From NCBI GenBank assembly GCA_963800895.1, contig CAWDDA010000008.1, forward strand, positions 65,581 to 129,580: a stretch of DNA of 64,000 nucleotides, written 5' to 3'. This document shows, one piece after another, positions 9,053-20,737 of the stretch. Below the pieces are notes generated by a model, which was not told where the DNA came from, did not search any database, and saw nothing but the letters and a program-made list of their open reading frames with translations. Each line of letters begins with the position of its first letter. The stretch's first letter is position 1. This stretch comes from an uncultured Acidobacteriota bacterium (GTDB taxonomy: Bacteria > Acidobacteriota > Blastocatellia > RBC074). The translations under genes were made by a program, and so were the position numbers.

Positions 9053-10441
9053 TCAGAGACCGGCGCTCCCGGGCTTTGGGTTGTGCCAGCCGCCAAGGGG
9101 TCTTGCGATGCGATCGGCCTCCGGTGGGCCCCACGTTCCTGGTTCGTATTCAGATACCGGTGTCACGTCTCCCAGGATGCCGTCTACGATCGCCCACGCA
9201 GCCTCAACTACGTCCTGGCGGACGAAAAGCATCTGGTCGCCGTGCATGGCTTCAGTGAGCAGTTGTTCGTACGCGTCAACCTCATCCTTCTGAGACTCTC
9301 GAACTATCGAGAGCTCTTCCTCCATCGCTTCCATTTTGAGACCGGGCTTTTTGATTCGTACACCGACATTTATTGCGAATTCGGGACCGAGCCGAAAGCG
9401 AAGATAATTTCTTCCCGGCAGGATTTGATCCAGTGGCGGCCTGCGCAGTGTTACCAGGACTTCGGTGGCGGTCACAGGGAGCGATTTTCCGGCCCTGATC
9501 AGAAACGGTACGCCAGCCCATCGCCACGAATTGATCTCTAGTCGCAGGGCAGCGAACGTCTCAACACGCGAGTCGGGTGCAACTCCAGGCTCGTCGCGGT
9601 AGCCGCGAAACTGACCTCGCACCAGGTCATTCGGGGTAATCGGGGGAATCGTCCGAAAGATCTTGCATTGCTCATCGCGCAGCGATTCCGCGTACATGCT
9701 CGTCGGCGGCTCGATTGCGAGAAGCGCGACTACCTGAAGCAGATGATTCTGAATTACATCCCGAATCGCGCCCGCCTCCTCGTAAAACTTCCCGCGCCCG
9801 GCAACACCGAACGCTTCAGCCATAGTAATCTGAACGGTTCTCACGTAGTTGCGATTCCAGATGGGCTCGAGAAACGTGTTGCTGAAACGAAATAACAGAA
9901 TATTCTCGACGGCGTCTTTAGCGAGATAGTGATCGATGCGAAAGATTGATGTCTCAGGGAAGGACGAGTTGAGCGTCTTGTTCAGCTCGCGAGCAGACTT
10001 AAGATCTCGGCCAAATGGTTTTTCCACAATCACTCGCCCGCGGGCTGCACATCCGGAGCCGCCAAGAGCCTCGACTACCGTTGGAAACAGGCTCGGCGGA
10101 ATTGCGAGATAGTGAGCTGGCCGGTCGGCCGCGCCAAGTGCATTGCGGAGCTTTGTGAATGTCTCAGGATCTTTGTAGTCGCCATCAATGTACTGCATCA
10201 ACTCAACAAGGCGCGTGAAAGCCACATCATCCACACCGCCGCCATGCTCTTCGATACTCGCCCTTGCACGCTCTCGCAGTTGGTCGATTCCCCATCCGGA
10301 CTTTGCAACACCGATCACAGGAACATTGAGGCTTCCACGTCGGATCATGTTTTGCAGTGCCGGAAATATCTTTTTGTAGGCGAGGTCGCCTGTTGCGCCA
10401 AAGAAGACCAGTGCATCGGACAATTCATTGGTGTCGTTCAT
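9053..10441 (-). CDS. zwf: Glucose-6-phosphate 1-dehydrogenase
   Basis: [33 protein letters not shown] motifs. Confidence 0.97.
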   Translation of the reverse strand: MNDTNELSDALVFFGATGDLAYKKIFPALQNMIRRGSLNVPVIGVAKSGWGIDQLRERARASIEEHGGGVDDVAFTRLVELMQYIDGDYKDPETFTKLRNALGAADRPAHYLAIPPSLFPTVVEALGGSGCAARGRVIVEKPFGRDLKSARELNKTLNSSFPETSIFRIDHYLAKDAVENILLFRFSNTFLEPIWNRNYVRTVQITMAEAFGVAGRGKFYEEAGAIRDVIQNHLLQVVALLAIEPPTSMYAESLRDEQCKIFRTIPPITPNDLVRGQFRGYRDEPGVAPDSRVETFAALRLEINSWRWAGVPFLIRAGKSLPVTATEVLVTLRRPPLDQILPGRNYLRFRLGPEFAINVGVRIKKPGLKMEAMEEELSIVRESQKDEVDAYEQLLTEAMHGDQMLFVRQDVVEAAWAIVDGILGDVTPVSEYEPGTWGPPEADRIARPLGGWHNPKPGSAGL

Positions 10442-10517
10442 AAGTCCGCTCCCAACCAGCAGGCTAAAGCTTGAACTCTAAACTACAATGCTAACGGAAA
10501 TTGCATGTTTCCAGACG

Positions 10518-11396
10518 ATGAGCAAGCCATCCACAGTTGAAGTCAGTTTCCGTGAAATGTCCACTGAGGATATTGAAGCGGGATTGCGCCTTTGCCGCGC
10601 CAGTCACTGGAATCAGACAGCTCGTGACTGGGGGTTGTTTCTCAAGCTCAGTCCGCACGGCTGCAGGGTCGCTGTAAAGGACGGGCAGGTTGTCGGAACG
10701 GTGACGACCGTGCGTTATGAAGAACGCTTCTCGTGGATTGGCATGGTGCTTGTTGATCCAGCCGAGCGAGGTCAGGGGATCGGAATGCTCCTGATGTCGG
10801 AGGCGATGGAGATTTTGAATGACATTCCTTCCATCCGCCTTGACGCGACTCCCGCGGGACACAAGGTGTACGAGAAACTCGAGTTCAAGGACGAATACGG
10901 GCTGAGCCGCATGGAAACAATTGTCTCGAAAGAGAGATTTGCTACTGCGGACAATCGCGCGCGTCCAATGAGACAAGAAGATCTTTCCGCAGTCGCTCGT
11001 AAGGACCGCACCGTTTTTGGTGCTGATCGCCAGCTGATTCTTAAATGGCTATTTGAAGGTGCGCCCGAGTACGCGTGGGTTGTCGAAGATGACGGAGTGT
11101 CGGGAGAAATTGCTGGATATACATTCGGACGTCACGGCTTCAATTTCGAGCACCTTGGGCCCGTGATTGCGAAAGAGCAGCAGACAGCCAGGCAACTCGT
11201 GGCGGCCAGCCTTGAGCAGCAGGTGGGTCGTCGGTTTATACTAGATGTTTCGCACTTTGAGTCCGATTGGGTCTCCTGGCTCGAACACGCCGGTTTTCGC
11301 GAGCAGCGTCCATTCATACGGATGTTTTATCGTGACAATCCTTTTCCCGGCGTGCCCTCGAAACAGTTCGGCATTCTCGGGCCGGAGTTCGGTTGA
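10518..11396 (+). CDS. GNAT-family N-acetyltransferase (tandem GNAT); alternative start 10488
   Basis: WIGMVLVDPAERGQGIG acetyl-CoA motif, LDATPAG, HLGPVIA. Confidence 0.85.
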   Translation: MSKPSTVEVSFREMSTEDIEAGLRLCRASHWNQTARDWGLFLKLSPHGCRVAVKDGQVVGTVTTVRYEERFSWIGMVLVDPAERGQGIGMLLMSEAMEILNDIPSIRLDATPAGHKVYEKLEFKDEYGLSRMETIVSKERFATADNRARPMRQEDLSAVARKDRTVFGADRQLILKWLFEGAPEYAWVVEDDGVSGEIAGYTFGRHGFNFEHLGPVIAKEQQTARQLVAASLEQQVGRRFILDVSHFESDWVSWLEHAGFREQRPFIRMFYRDNPFPGVPSKQFGILGPEFG

Positions 11397-11416
11397 AAAA
11401 AGAGGAGATTATAACT

Positions 11417-12757
11417 ATGACAAAGAACAGTTCGTCGCGCCGAAATTTTATCAAGCTTACAGCTACCGGCGCTCTTGGCACCGCACTTGGATGGGATGCT
11501 GCAAGCTATGCGCGTATACCCGGGTCGAATGACCGGATAGGGGTTGGCATCGTTGGGTTTTCCGAGCGAGCCACGGATGCTCTGCTTCCCGCATTTAACG
11601 CGATTTCATCAGCGCAAAACTGCGAGATCACTGCAGTCTCCGATATCTGGAATCTTCATCGCGACGAAGGTGCCGCGTTCATCAACAAGCTGACCGGCAA
11701 GTCGATTGCGAAGGCGCGTAACAACGACGAGCTGTACGGGATGAAGAATGTTCAGGCCGTCATCATCTCAACCGCCGATCACCAGCACGCGCTTCATGGC
11801 GTCGAAGCAGTACGCGCCGGGCGCGACGCCTACATCGAAAAGCCGCTTGCGAATCAAATGGCCGATGCGCACGCGATTCTGAAGGCTGTCAAAGAAACCA
11901 ATCGCGTTGTTCAGATCGGCACTCAACGGCGCAGCGCGCAAAATACACTGCGAGCGAAAGCGTTTCTGGAGACTGGCGAATTCGGTGATATCACGATGGT
12001 CGAGATATGCACCAATGCAAACCAGCCGTTGCGCTGGCGGCGGCCAGCTCTCGTAGCCTCGCTTCGCGCGGAGGATACAGACTGGAAGCGCTTCGTGATG
12101 CAACGAACGAAGGACGCTTTTGATGCGCATAAATACATCGAATTCCGTTTGTACTGGCCCTACTCATCAGGGATTCTTGATCAGTGGATGGTTCATCAGA
12201 TTGATATGTTACAGTTCATCACCGGACTGGCTCGCCCGCGAAGCGTGGTCGCGCAGGGAGGCATTTACAGCTGGCGCGACGGACGTATCAATCCCGATAC
12301 GCTAACGGCGGTCTTTGATTACGGTCCGTTGAATGATTCAACCAAAGGCTTCCAAGCCATCTATTCGAGCCGCATGAACAATTCTGCTGGCGGCAACCGT
12401 GATCTCTATTACTCGATCAATGGCACTCTCAACGTCACCACAGGGAAGTTGACGCCAGACGGTGGGCTGACGGAACGCTACGCTAAGAAAGTGGCGAAAC
12501 CGACAACGCTGAAAGAGAGGATGCTGCTCAGTGAAGGTCGAGACAATCAAGCGACCGAGGCGGACACCGAGGCCGATTCTACGGTGGTTGCACATATGCG
12601 GAACTGGATAGATTGCGTTCGCAATCGCAAGTCGCCGATCGCTGGAATCGAAGCCGGCTACAACCACTCGGTGGCGCTTTGCATGACTATCGCGGCATTG
12701 CATTCCGGCAAACGCGCCAGGTTCGACGACACCAAACAGGAAGTGACCCTCGGGTAA
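11417..12757 (+). CDS. Tat-exported Gfo/Idh/MocA oxidoreductase
   Basis: SRRNFIK Tat motif; IGVGIVG, STADHQH, YIEKP, QIGTQRRS; GAGGAG RBS. Confidence 0.9.
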   Translation: MTKNSSSRRNFIKLTATGALGTALGWDAASYARIPGSNDRIGVGIVGFSERATDALLPAFNAISSAQNCEITAVSDIWNLHRDEGAAFINKLTGKSIAKARNNDELYGMKNVQAVIISTADHQHALHGVEAVRAGRDAYIEKPLANQMADAHAILKAVKETNRVVQIGTQRRSAQNTLRAKAFLETGEFGDITMVEICTNANQPLRWRRPALVASLRAEDTDWKRFVMQRTKDAFDAHKYIEFRLYWPYSSGILDQWMVHQIDMLQFITGLARPRSVVAQGGIYSWRDGRINPDTLTAVFDYGPLNDSTKGFQAIYSSRMNNSAGGNRDLYYSINGTLNVTTGKLTPDGGLTERYAKKVAKPTTLKERMLLSEGRDNQATEADTEADSTVVAHMRNWIDCVRNRKSPIAGIEAGYNHSVALCMTIAALHSGKRARFDDTKQEVTLG

Positions 12758-12827
12758 GGCATGTTGTACGGCCTTTAGGCGGAATCGTTGCAGGACTTCA
12801 TTCCGCCTAAAGGCCGTACAACATGCC
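12758..12827. repeat. REP-like inverted pair, family B (GGCATGTwGTACGGCCTTTAGGCGGAA)
   Basis: Near-perfect inverted repeat; other copies at 49914-49990 and a half copy near 32300-32327. Confidence 0.85.
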
Positions 12828-12844
12828 CAATGTGACACTGCGGC

Positions 12845-13864
12845 TTGATCGAAACCGAAGCACAACTGGAAGATGCCCTGGCATCGCCGAATGCTGCGGA
12901 TATTGAGCTGATGCGCCGCCTGCCGGGCGATGTGATCATCCTCGGAGCGGGCGGCAAGATGGGACCGTCGCTCGCCCGGCGTATCAGGAACTCAACTAAG
13001 GCTGCGGGCGTTAGCCGGCGCGTGCTGGCAGTTTCGCGGTTCTCCTCACCTCAGTCTCGCGACGAACTCGAGAGCACAGGCATCGAGACGATCTCGTGTG
13101 ACTTGCTCGACCGCGGTCAAGTTGAGAGCCTGCCCGACTCCGACAACGTCTTCTTTCTGGCGGGAAGAAAGTTCGGATCGTCTGAACGCTCCGACCTAAC
13201 GTGGGCCATCAACAGCTACACTCCGGGAATGGTGGCTGAACGTTTTCGAGGTTCGCGAATTGTAGTCTTCTCGACCGGGAATGTTTATCCGCAGGTCAAA
13301 GCGGCATCTCGCGGTTCGATCGAAACGGATGTGCCGATGCCTGTGGGCGAGTACGCCCAATCGTGTCTCGGGCGAGAACGAGTATTCGAGTATTTCTCGC
13401 GACACCTCAGCACACCGACACTGATTTACCGGCTCAACTATGCTGTTGATCTGCGCTATGGAGTTCTGGTTGATATTGCGCAGAAAGTCCATGCGGGCAA
13501 GCCTGTCGACCTCTCGGTCCCGACCTTCAATGTAATCTGGCAGGGCGACGCAAATTCGTACGCGATGCGCAGCCTTGAGCTGTGCCAATCGCCGGCTCGT
13601 ATTCTGAACGTGACTGGTCCGGAAACGTTATCGGTACGCGATGCGGCCGCTTTCTTTGGCCAAAGATTCAATTGCAAACCGCTATTCTCCGGAGAGGAGT
13701 CAGGATATGCACTGCTCAGTGACGCCTCGCTCTGTCATTCGCTGCTTGGCTATCCGACGATCACTTCAGAGATCCTGATGGAATCGGTAGCGCACTGGGT
13801 CAAGTCCGGCGGCGTCAGCCTCGGACTCCCGACCAAATTTGAAGTCAGTGATGGAAGATATTAG
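12845..13864 (+). CDS. NAD-dependent epimerase/dehydratase
   Basis: ILGAGGKMG Rossmann motif, STGNVY, GEYAQSCLGRER, RLNYAVDLRYG. Confidence 0.9.
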   Translation: MIETEAQLEDALASPNAADIELMRRLPGDVIILGAGGKMGPSLARRIRNSTKAAGVSRRVLAVSRFSSPQSRDELESTGIETISCDLLDRGQVESLPDSDNVFFLAGRKFGSSERSDLTWAINSYTPGMVAERFRGSRIVVFSTGNVYPQVKAASRGSIETDVPMPVGEYAQSCLGRERVFEYFSRHLSTPTLIYRLNYAVDLRYGVLVDIAQKVHAGKPVDLSVPTFNVIWQGDANSYAMRSLELCQSPARILNVTGPETLSVRDAAAFFGQRFNCKPLFSGEESGYALLSDASLCHSLLGYPTITSEILMESVAHWVKSGGVSLGLPTKFEVSDGRY

Positions 13865-13901
13865 GCAAGGCATGTAGTAGAGAGCTCCTAAAAGGAGTGC
13901 A

Positions 13902-14054
13902 TGGCCTCCGGAGGAGCCCAATGTTTATAGTAATAACGAAAGTCGATGTAGCTCCGAAATAAAGCGGCATCAAGCGTGCGAATCAGATGCCGCTCCTCTG
14001 GAGCTCATCACCCTTTCTATTCGTTACCATAAACATTTGGCTCCTCCAGAGCCA
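13902..14054. repeat. Long nested intergenic inverted repeat (REP/BIME-like)
   Basis: GGAGGAGCCCAATGTTTAT..GATGTAGCTCC..AGCGGCATC versus GATGCCGCT..GGAGCTCATC..ATAAACATTTGGCTCCTCC. Confidence 0.7.
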
Positions 14055-14100
14055 AAGAAATGGCCCACGTGCCTTGGCCAGGTAAGTCACATGCGCATTG

Positions 14101-15151
14101 ATGAAAACAATCCGTGAGGCGCTGTTTGGCGGATTGGTCATTCCTGCGCATCCGCTGGCGCTTACAGCGGAGCGGAAGCTTGATGAACGGCGCCAGGTGG
14201 CTCTCACTCGATACTACTGCGATGCAGGAGCAGGCGGAATTGCGGTCGGAGTGCATACAACTCAATTCGCAATCAGAGCACCTGAAGTCGGACTGTTCGC
14301 TCCGGTCCTTAGACTCGCTTCCGAGACAATGCGCAGCTTTGAGAGCGAGTACGGCAAACGTCTGGTCAAGGTCGCTGGCGTCTGCGGCGCAACGTCCCAG
14401 GCTGTAAAGGAAGCGGAATCTGCGCGACAATTCGGGTACGACGCGTGTCTCCTCAGTCTCGGCGCGCTCGCACACGCCAGCCGGTCAGAACTTATCGAGC
14501 ATTGCCGGGTGGTGGCCGAGATCATTCCGGTCTTCGGCTTTTATCTGCAGCCTGCAGTTGGCGGACGAGTACTGGCCTACGACTTCTGGCGCGAATTCCT
14601 TGAGATCGAGAATGTGGTGGCGATCAAGGTTGCGCCATTCAACCGCTATCACACGCTGGACGTAGCCCGTGCGCTCGCCGATAGCGGACGTCAAGGTAAC
14701 GTGGCGCTTTATACGGGAAACGACGATAACATAGTAGCCGACCTGCTGACCGAGTTTAGATTCGGCGGTCCCCATGCGAAGTGTTCATTTTGCAGGCGGG
14801 CTGCTTGGACATTGGGCTGTCTGGACAAAACGCGCGGTTGAATTGCTGGATGCGGTGATCAAGTGCAGACAAGACGGCGGTCGCAACGCTTATGATCTGC
14901 TTGCGAGATCAGCGGAATGCACGGATGCGAATGCTGCGCTCTTTGACGTGAAGCATAATTTCGCAGGTTGCATTGCAGGGCTTCACGAAGTCCTGCGCCG
15001 TCAGGGATTGATGGCGGGACGATGGTGCCTGGACCCGCACGAAGACCTTTCGCCCGGACAAATGGAAGAGATTGACCGCATCTATGAGCAGTATCCGCAC
15101 CTCAATGACGATGACTTTGTCGCGCAGAATCTGGAACGATGGTTGACTTGA
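14101..15151 (+). CDS. Dihydrodipicolinate synthase family aldolase/lyase (frameshift near 14770, probably a sequencing error)
   Basis: IPAHPLAL, AVGVHTTQF, FYLQPAVGG, AIKVAPFNRY, LYTGNDD; continues in another frame as FAGGLLGHW...GLHEVLRRQGL. Confidence 0.85.
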
Positions 15152-15162
15152 AGTGAGTCAGG

Positions 15163-16882
15163 ATGACAAGACACTTAGCTGCATTCTTTCTGCTCGCGGT
15201 CATATTGTTTCAATTCCCAACCGCGACTGCCGACACGATTTACTACAACGGTAAGATCGTTTCGCTCTGGGATTCCCAACCAATCTGTGAAGCTGTGGCT
15301 ATTCGCGGGAATCGATTCCTCGCAGTAGGATCGAATGCCGAGGTCTTGAAGACTGCCGGCCCTGAAACGAAGCGGATTGATCTGCGGGGCCGCACTGTCC
15401 TTCCTGGTTTGATTGACAGCCACACGCATCCGATCAGCGCTGCGTTGAGCGAACTGGATACTCCACTACCGCCATTCAATTCGATCGCTGACATTCAGGA
15501 CTACATTCGACAGCAGACATGCGCGTCATGGGAAGGACCAGGTCATCCTTGTTCCCAAGGTCTTCGCGCCGCGATTGCGCGAGCGCCGCTATCCCACGCG
15601 CTATGAGCTGGACCGGGCGGCGTCAGACCGACCCGTCCTGGCCGACAACGGTTATGCCGGTGTGGCAAATTCATTTCTGCTCGACAAGCTGAAGATCACC
15701 CGCGATACGCCGCAGCCAGCGAACGGAAAGATCATCAAAGACAGTAAAGGCGAGCCCACGGGCTTGATTCTCGGCGCACCGCAATTGCTTGCGGAATGGC
15801 GGCGCGAGCGACCGGTTCCGCAGAGCAGGATGGTCGAAGCTCTGAGACGTATGCAACAGAGCTACAACCGTGTGGGCATTACCTCGACGATTGATCGCGG
15901 GCAGGATGCGCAGGGCTTTCGCGTTTATCAGGAGCTTCAGCGAAAAGGATGGCAGACCGTCCGCACGTCTATCACGTATCGCATCAGCGGACAGGGAACA
16001 CCTGCGGAGGCGCGTGCGGAGATCGAGCGACTTCCGTTCGTCACTGGCTGGGGTGATGACTGGCTGCGCGTAGGCTCGTTGAAGATAGTCATGGATGGCG
16101 GCATCCTGATCGGTACAGCATACCTGCGCGAGCCGTATGGCAATGACACTCAAGTCTACGGCTATCACGACCCGGCATATCGTGGCGTGCTTGCTGTCCC
16201 GCGTGAGAACGTGTTTGAGATTGCGCGTGCGGCAAATGAGCTTGGCTGGCAGATGACTGCGCACGTTACGGGAGGCGGCTCGCTTGATGTGCTGCTCGAT
16301 GCTTACGAAGCGGTTGACCGGGAACATTCAATCCGTGATCGCCGCTTTTCAGTCACGCACGGTAACTTTCCGAACGAGCAGGCGATCGCGCGTGCTCGGA
16401 AACTTGGTGTCGTATTTGATTGTCAGCCGATGTGGCATCATCTCGACGCGCCGGTTGTGAGGGACGTGCTGGGTCCCGCGCGAACTGCACATTTTCTGCC
16501 GTTGCGCTCGTTATTCGATGCCGGCGTCGTTGTGGCTGGAGGCTCCGATCATATGGTTCGCTTCGATCCGCGGACTTCGACCAACCCCTATCACCCATTC
16601 TATGGGATGTGGATGGCGATAACGCGGCAGACTGTTACGGGCGCTGTCATCAACCCGGAACAGAAGATCACGCGGGAACAGGCCTTGCGGATGTGGACGC
16701 TCAATGGCGCATGGTCGTCGTTTGACGAGAGGAGTAAAGGCTCGATCGAGCCGGGAAAGCTGGCTGATTTGATCGTAGTCTCCAAAGACTATCTCTCCTG
16801 CGCCGAGGACGAGATCAAAGCGATCGAAGTGCTACTGACTGTGGTTGATGGGAAGGAAGTGTATCGAGCGGGGATGTTTTGA
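15163..16882 (+). CDS. Exported amidohydrolase family 3 (YtcJ-like) metallohydrolase (frameshift near 15520)
   Basis: Signal peptide; PGLIDSHTH, KIVMDGG, GGSDH, GSIEPGKLADLIV; two ORFs join. Confidence 0.88.
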
Positions 16883-16907
16883 GGCCTTCAGATGGATCGG
16901 ATCGGAT

Positions 16908-17038
16908 TATTTGTCATTTGAGATTTGTCATTTGTCATTTGTTATTTAAGAAAGACTGTAGCGCGATGTGGATCTTGTGCCGTTCTTCTAAATGACAAAT
17001 GACAAATGACAAATGACAGATGACAAATGACAATGACA
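16908..17038. repeat. Inverted heptamer tandem arrays (TTTGTCA)n / (TGACAAA)n
   Basis: Direct reading; arrays face each other across about 45 nt. Confidence 0.9.
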
Positions 17039-17084
17039 ACCGACTCCCGCCCCCCAACCCCGAACGGTGCTCCCCCCAAAAGCA

Positions 17085-17113
17085 TTGGCCAACGAACCCG
17101 TTTGGGATATAAT
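17085..17113 (+). promoter_or_regulatory. Sigma70-type promoter of TonB receptor gene
   Basis: TTGGCC-17 nt-TATAAT, about 260 nt upstream of the start codon. Confidence 0.55.
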
Positions 17114-17374
17114 GTCCTGCTGATTTCCCCAACTGTCTCAACAGTAGTCAGCTCTCTTCGTAATAAACAATCGACGAAATAAAAGGAAGATAGAACGCAA
17201 GAAGGGATGAAGTAGTAGTCTTTCGATATCTCTTTCCGAAGTCTGTCTGTAGTTTCCCCTAGGATTAGGCACGGAGTCGAGAGTCGTGGGAGATGGATGT
17301 GCGGTTCCTGTCCCGCAGGAATCACGCGTCTTCGTGCTAATCACAATTCAATATCAACTTGAGGAGATTATTTG

Positions 17375-20300
17375 ATGCGACGCTCCGCCAGTTACGTTAA
17401 ATCAACGTGTCTTTTGATCTGCGCAGTCATCGCGATGACCGCGATGGCTCTCGCGCAAGCACCCGTCGGAACTCTGACCGGAAAAGTTTCCGACCCGTCG
17501 GGGGCAATTATCAAGAATGCCGAAATTACGATTCGAAACAAGGCAACCGGTGCCGAACGCAAATTGACGTCCGACGATGACGGCAACTTTTCTGCCCCGG
17601 CACTTCCTGCAGGCGATTATGAAGTTCACACGCAGGCTGATGGCTTTCGCACGCTGTTGCGCGAAGTTACGATCGCTACAGGCTCGAGCCTCACTGTCGA
17701 TTTGAACCTGGAGATTGGGCAGAAGAGTGAGATTGTGACCGTCACCAGCAGTGGCGCAGAAAAGCTGAATCATGAGACCCACTCGATTGATGGCGTCATT
17801 ACCCGGCAGAAGATTCAGGAGCTGCCACTCAATGGCCGAAGCTTTTTGCAGCTGGCATTCCTGGAGCCGGGCGTGACCGCGAGTCCCGGGACCACTTCGC
17901 AGTACAACTCCCTCTTTTCCGTGTCGATCCTCGGTGGCGCATCGAACAAGACGGCCATCACGGTTGACGGCGGCAACGTCCGCAACTCAATTGAGGGAGA
18001 GACAGGGATGAACTTCTCGCAGGAAGTCGTCCAGGAGTTTCAGCTTTCGTCATCCAACTTTGATCTTTCGACAGGAATCACGAGCGTCGGCGCTGTCAAC
18101 ATTGTGACGCGTACCGGCGGCAACGAATATCACGGATCAGGATACTTCTTCTTCCGTGATCACAATATGGCGGCCTACCCTGGTCTCGCGCGCAGATCCG
18201 CTCAGTCCGGACCCGTTCTTCGCGCGCCGCAATCCCGGCGTATGGGTCGGCGGGCCAATCGTAAAGAATCGCCTCTTCTTCTTTACAAACTACGAATATA
18301 CAAACCAGACTTCGATCGTCACCTATCAACCCAATCTCCAATCGGCGAGCTCGCTGGCGGGAAGTTTCAGCAGTCCCTATTCCGGCCACCTGTTCAGCAC
18401 CCGGATTGACTGGAAGGTTACAGATAAGCACAACGCATTCCTCCGCTATTCGCACGATCAGAACCGTGGATTCGGTCCGAACGGAGGCCCGGTACTGCCG
18501 TCGAACTGGCTTCAGAACAAGAACTTCTCTGATCAGGGTGTAATTGGCATCACATCAGTGCTCGAGTCCGACTCTGGTCAATGATTTCCGCTTCAACCTG
18601 ACATACTGGCAGAATCGAAATCTCTTTCCGGACAGCACTGTCTGCGAAGGATGCCTTGGTCTTAACTTTCCGCAGCTCAACATCAATGGCACGAATGTGA
18701 CCGTCGGCAACACATCAAACGCGACGCCAGGGTCGTGACCTTCGCCGCTTCACATTCACCGATACATTGACTTGGCAGAAGGGGTCACACCGGTTCCGAT
18801 TCGGCACGGAGATCGAATATGCCCCTGGAACCGGGTTCTGGGGTTTTTGCGATCCGGCGTGCACGGTAGGATTCTCTCCTGAATTCATCAACGCCTCCGT
18901 CAGACCCTCACTCCCGCCGGCATTATTCGCCGCGCTCTTTCCGGTATTGCCGACAACCATCAAAACTGATCAGGACCTATTGAATCTGCCGTTTGCAGGC
19001 GCCGTTGTTGGTGTTGGCGATCCTGCTCAACCACCTCCGTACAATATCGACAAAGCGAAGGTGAACAGCCGCTATCGCTTTTTCGGTCAGGACACGTGGA
19101 GAGCTGAAGCCTAACTTTACGCTGAACTATGGTCTTGCGTGGAACTTTGAGAGCACGCTCGTCAATCGCGATCTGGATAAGCCGGCTTATCTGGCTCCGC
19201 TCTATGGGAGTGATCTCAGCCCGACAGAAAACAACTACAATAACTTTTCGCCTTCGCTGGGTTTTGCCTGGAGTTTTGGCAAAAACACAGTTGTGCGCGC
19301 AGGTGCAGGTATCTACTGGGATACGGAACTGCTTTGGCGCCGCCTGGAGGAGCGTGCGTTATATCGGCCCGGTTGGCAATGGTCGTGTTCAGGTTCCACA
19401 TACCAGCTTTACCAACATATTCCCGGGAATACTGAATGTGGGTGCGGGCGGAACACCGGTACCGATTGGCGCGCCGCTTCCTGCCAACACTGTCACCAAC
19501 ATGACAATTCGCCAATTCATGCAGATTTACAGTGCACAGATTGGCGCAGTTCAGCAGGCACTTGCCCCCAGCAACGATCTTTCGATTCGACAGATCCAGA
19601 AGGTCAAATCAGGGGCGAACCTTTACCCGCACGAGTATCCGGTTCAGCGCAGCTATCATATGAACGTGGGCGTACAGCACGACCTTGGTCACGACATGGT
19701 GCTCAATGTCGACTTCGTTCGGCGGGTCTTTGTCAATACTCTGCTCGGCGCGCTTGACTACAACCGGTTCAACCGCCGGATCAATGGTGTGCAAAGCCCG
19801 GTGATTCCGATTTGCACGTCGACTGCACAGCGGAATGATCCAAACGCGCAATGTTCAGATGGATGCTATCACGTTCTGGACCCCTGCAGGTCGCGACGTA
19901 TACAACGGGCTGCTCGTCAAGTTCGACAAACGCTTTTCAAAGCGTTACCTGCTGACTGCATCCTATGCTCTGACTGATCGTCACGGAATCAACGGCATAC
20001 TCAATCTGGACGACCTCGATTCAACGTGGGGTCCGCAGGGTGGCCGTCACATTCTGAACATCTCGGGGCTTGGTTGATCTTCCGTGGAATATCCAGATCG
20101 GGTTTATATCGGCGTTCGCGAAGCCGTGGAGCGCTGATGCCTACGGTAAACGGCGTTGATCTTGATGGCGACGGAACAACTACAGAAGTGTTGCCTGGCC
20201 TCGAGTTCAACTGTTTCAACCGCGGATGCGACAAAGACGATCTGGCCAAAGGCGTAGCCGCGTGGAATCAGACTGTACAGGGAAAGAGAGATGCGCGGGG

Positions 20301-20580
20301 TACGCCCATCCCGCAGTTGGTACTGCCTACTAACTATGAGTTTGGCGACAGCTTCACGTCACAGGACATTCGCGTGACCAAGAGCTTCGAGTTTAAGGAG
20401 CGTTACAAGATCTCTGTCTTTGCAGAGATGTTCAACGTCTTCAACGTTGCCAACCTGAGTGGTTACAGTTTCAACCTGATCAACACGAATGCATTCGGCA
20501 AACCGACTCAACGGGCCTCACAGGTCTTCGGATCGGGCGGCCCTCGAGCATTACAGATCGGTGCGCGAGTGAACTTCTAA
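17375..20580 (+). CDS. TonB-dependent receptor with carboxypeptidase-regulatory-like N-terminal domain (about 7-8 frameshifts)
   Basis: GTLTGKVSDPSGA, ELPLNGRSFLQLA, VQEFQ, VNIVTRTGGNEYHGS, C-terminal PRALQIGARVNF; fragments tile 17375-20580. Confidence 0.88.
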
Positions 20581-20585
20581 GGGAA

Positions 20586-20711
20586 AGTGGTCAGTGGTCA
20601 GTGGTCAGTGGTCGGAGTTGGAGTTCAAGCTATAGCTTGCTGATATCAGATCAAGTCATGCCGAAAAGGCTCCAGCTTGAACTCCAAACTCACGGCCACT
20701 GGCCACCGGCC
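20586..20711. repeat. Composite repeat: (AGTGGTC)n + REP-A pair + (GGCCACT)n
   Basis: Direct reading between convergent genes. Confidence 0.8.
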
Positions 20712-20737
20712 CTCAACTCTCCCGCTTGAACCCATTC

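Noticed and set aside
16935-17344. Short ORFs with ICHLSFV repeats (also 23551-23904 NLKSQIS)
   Set aside because: Translations of heptamer arrays
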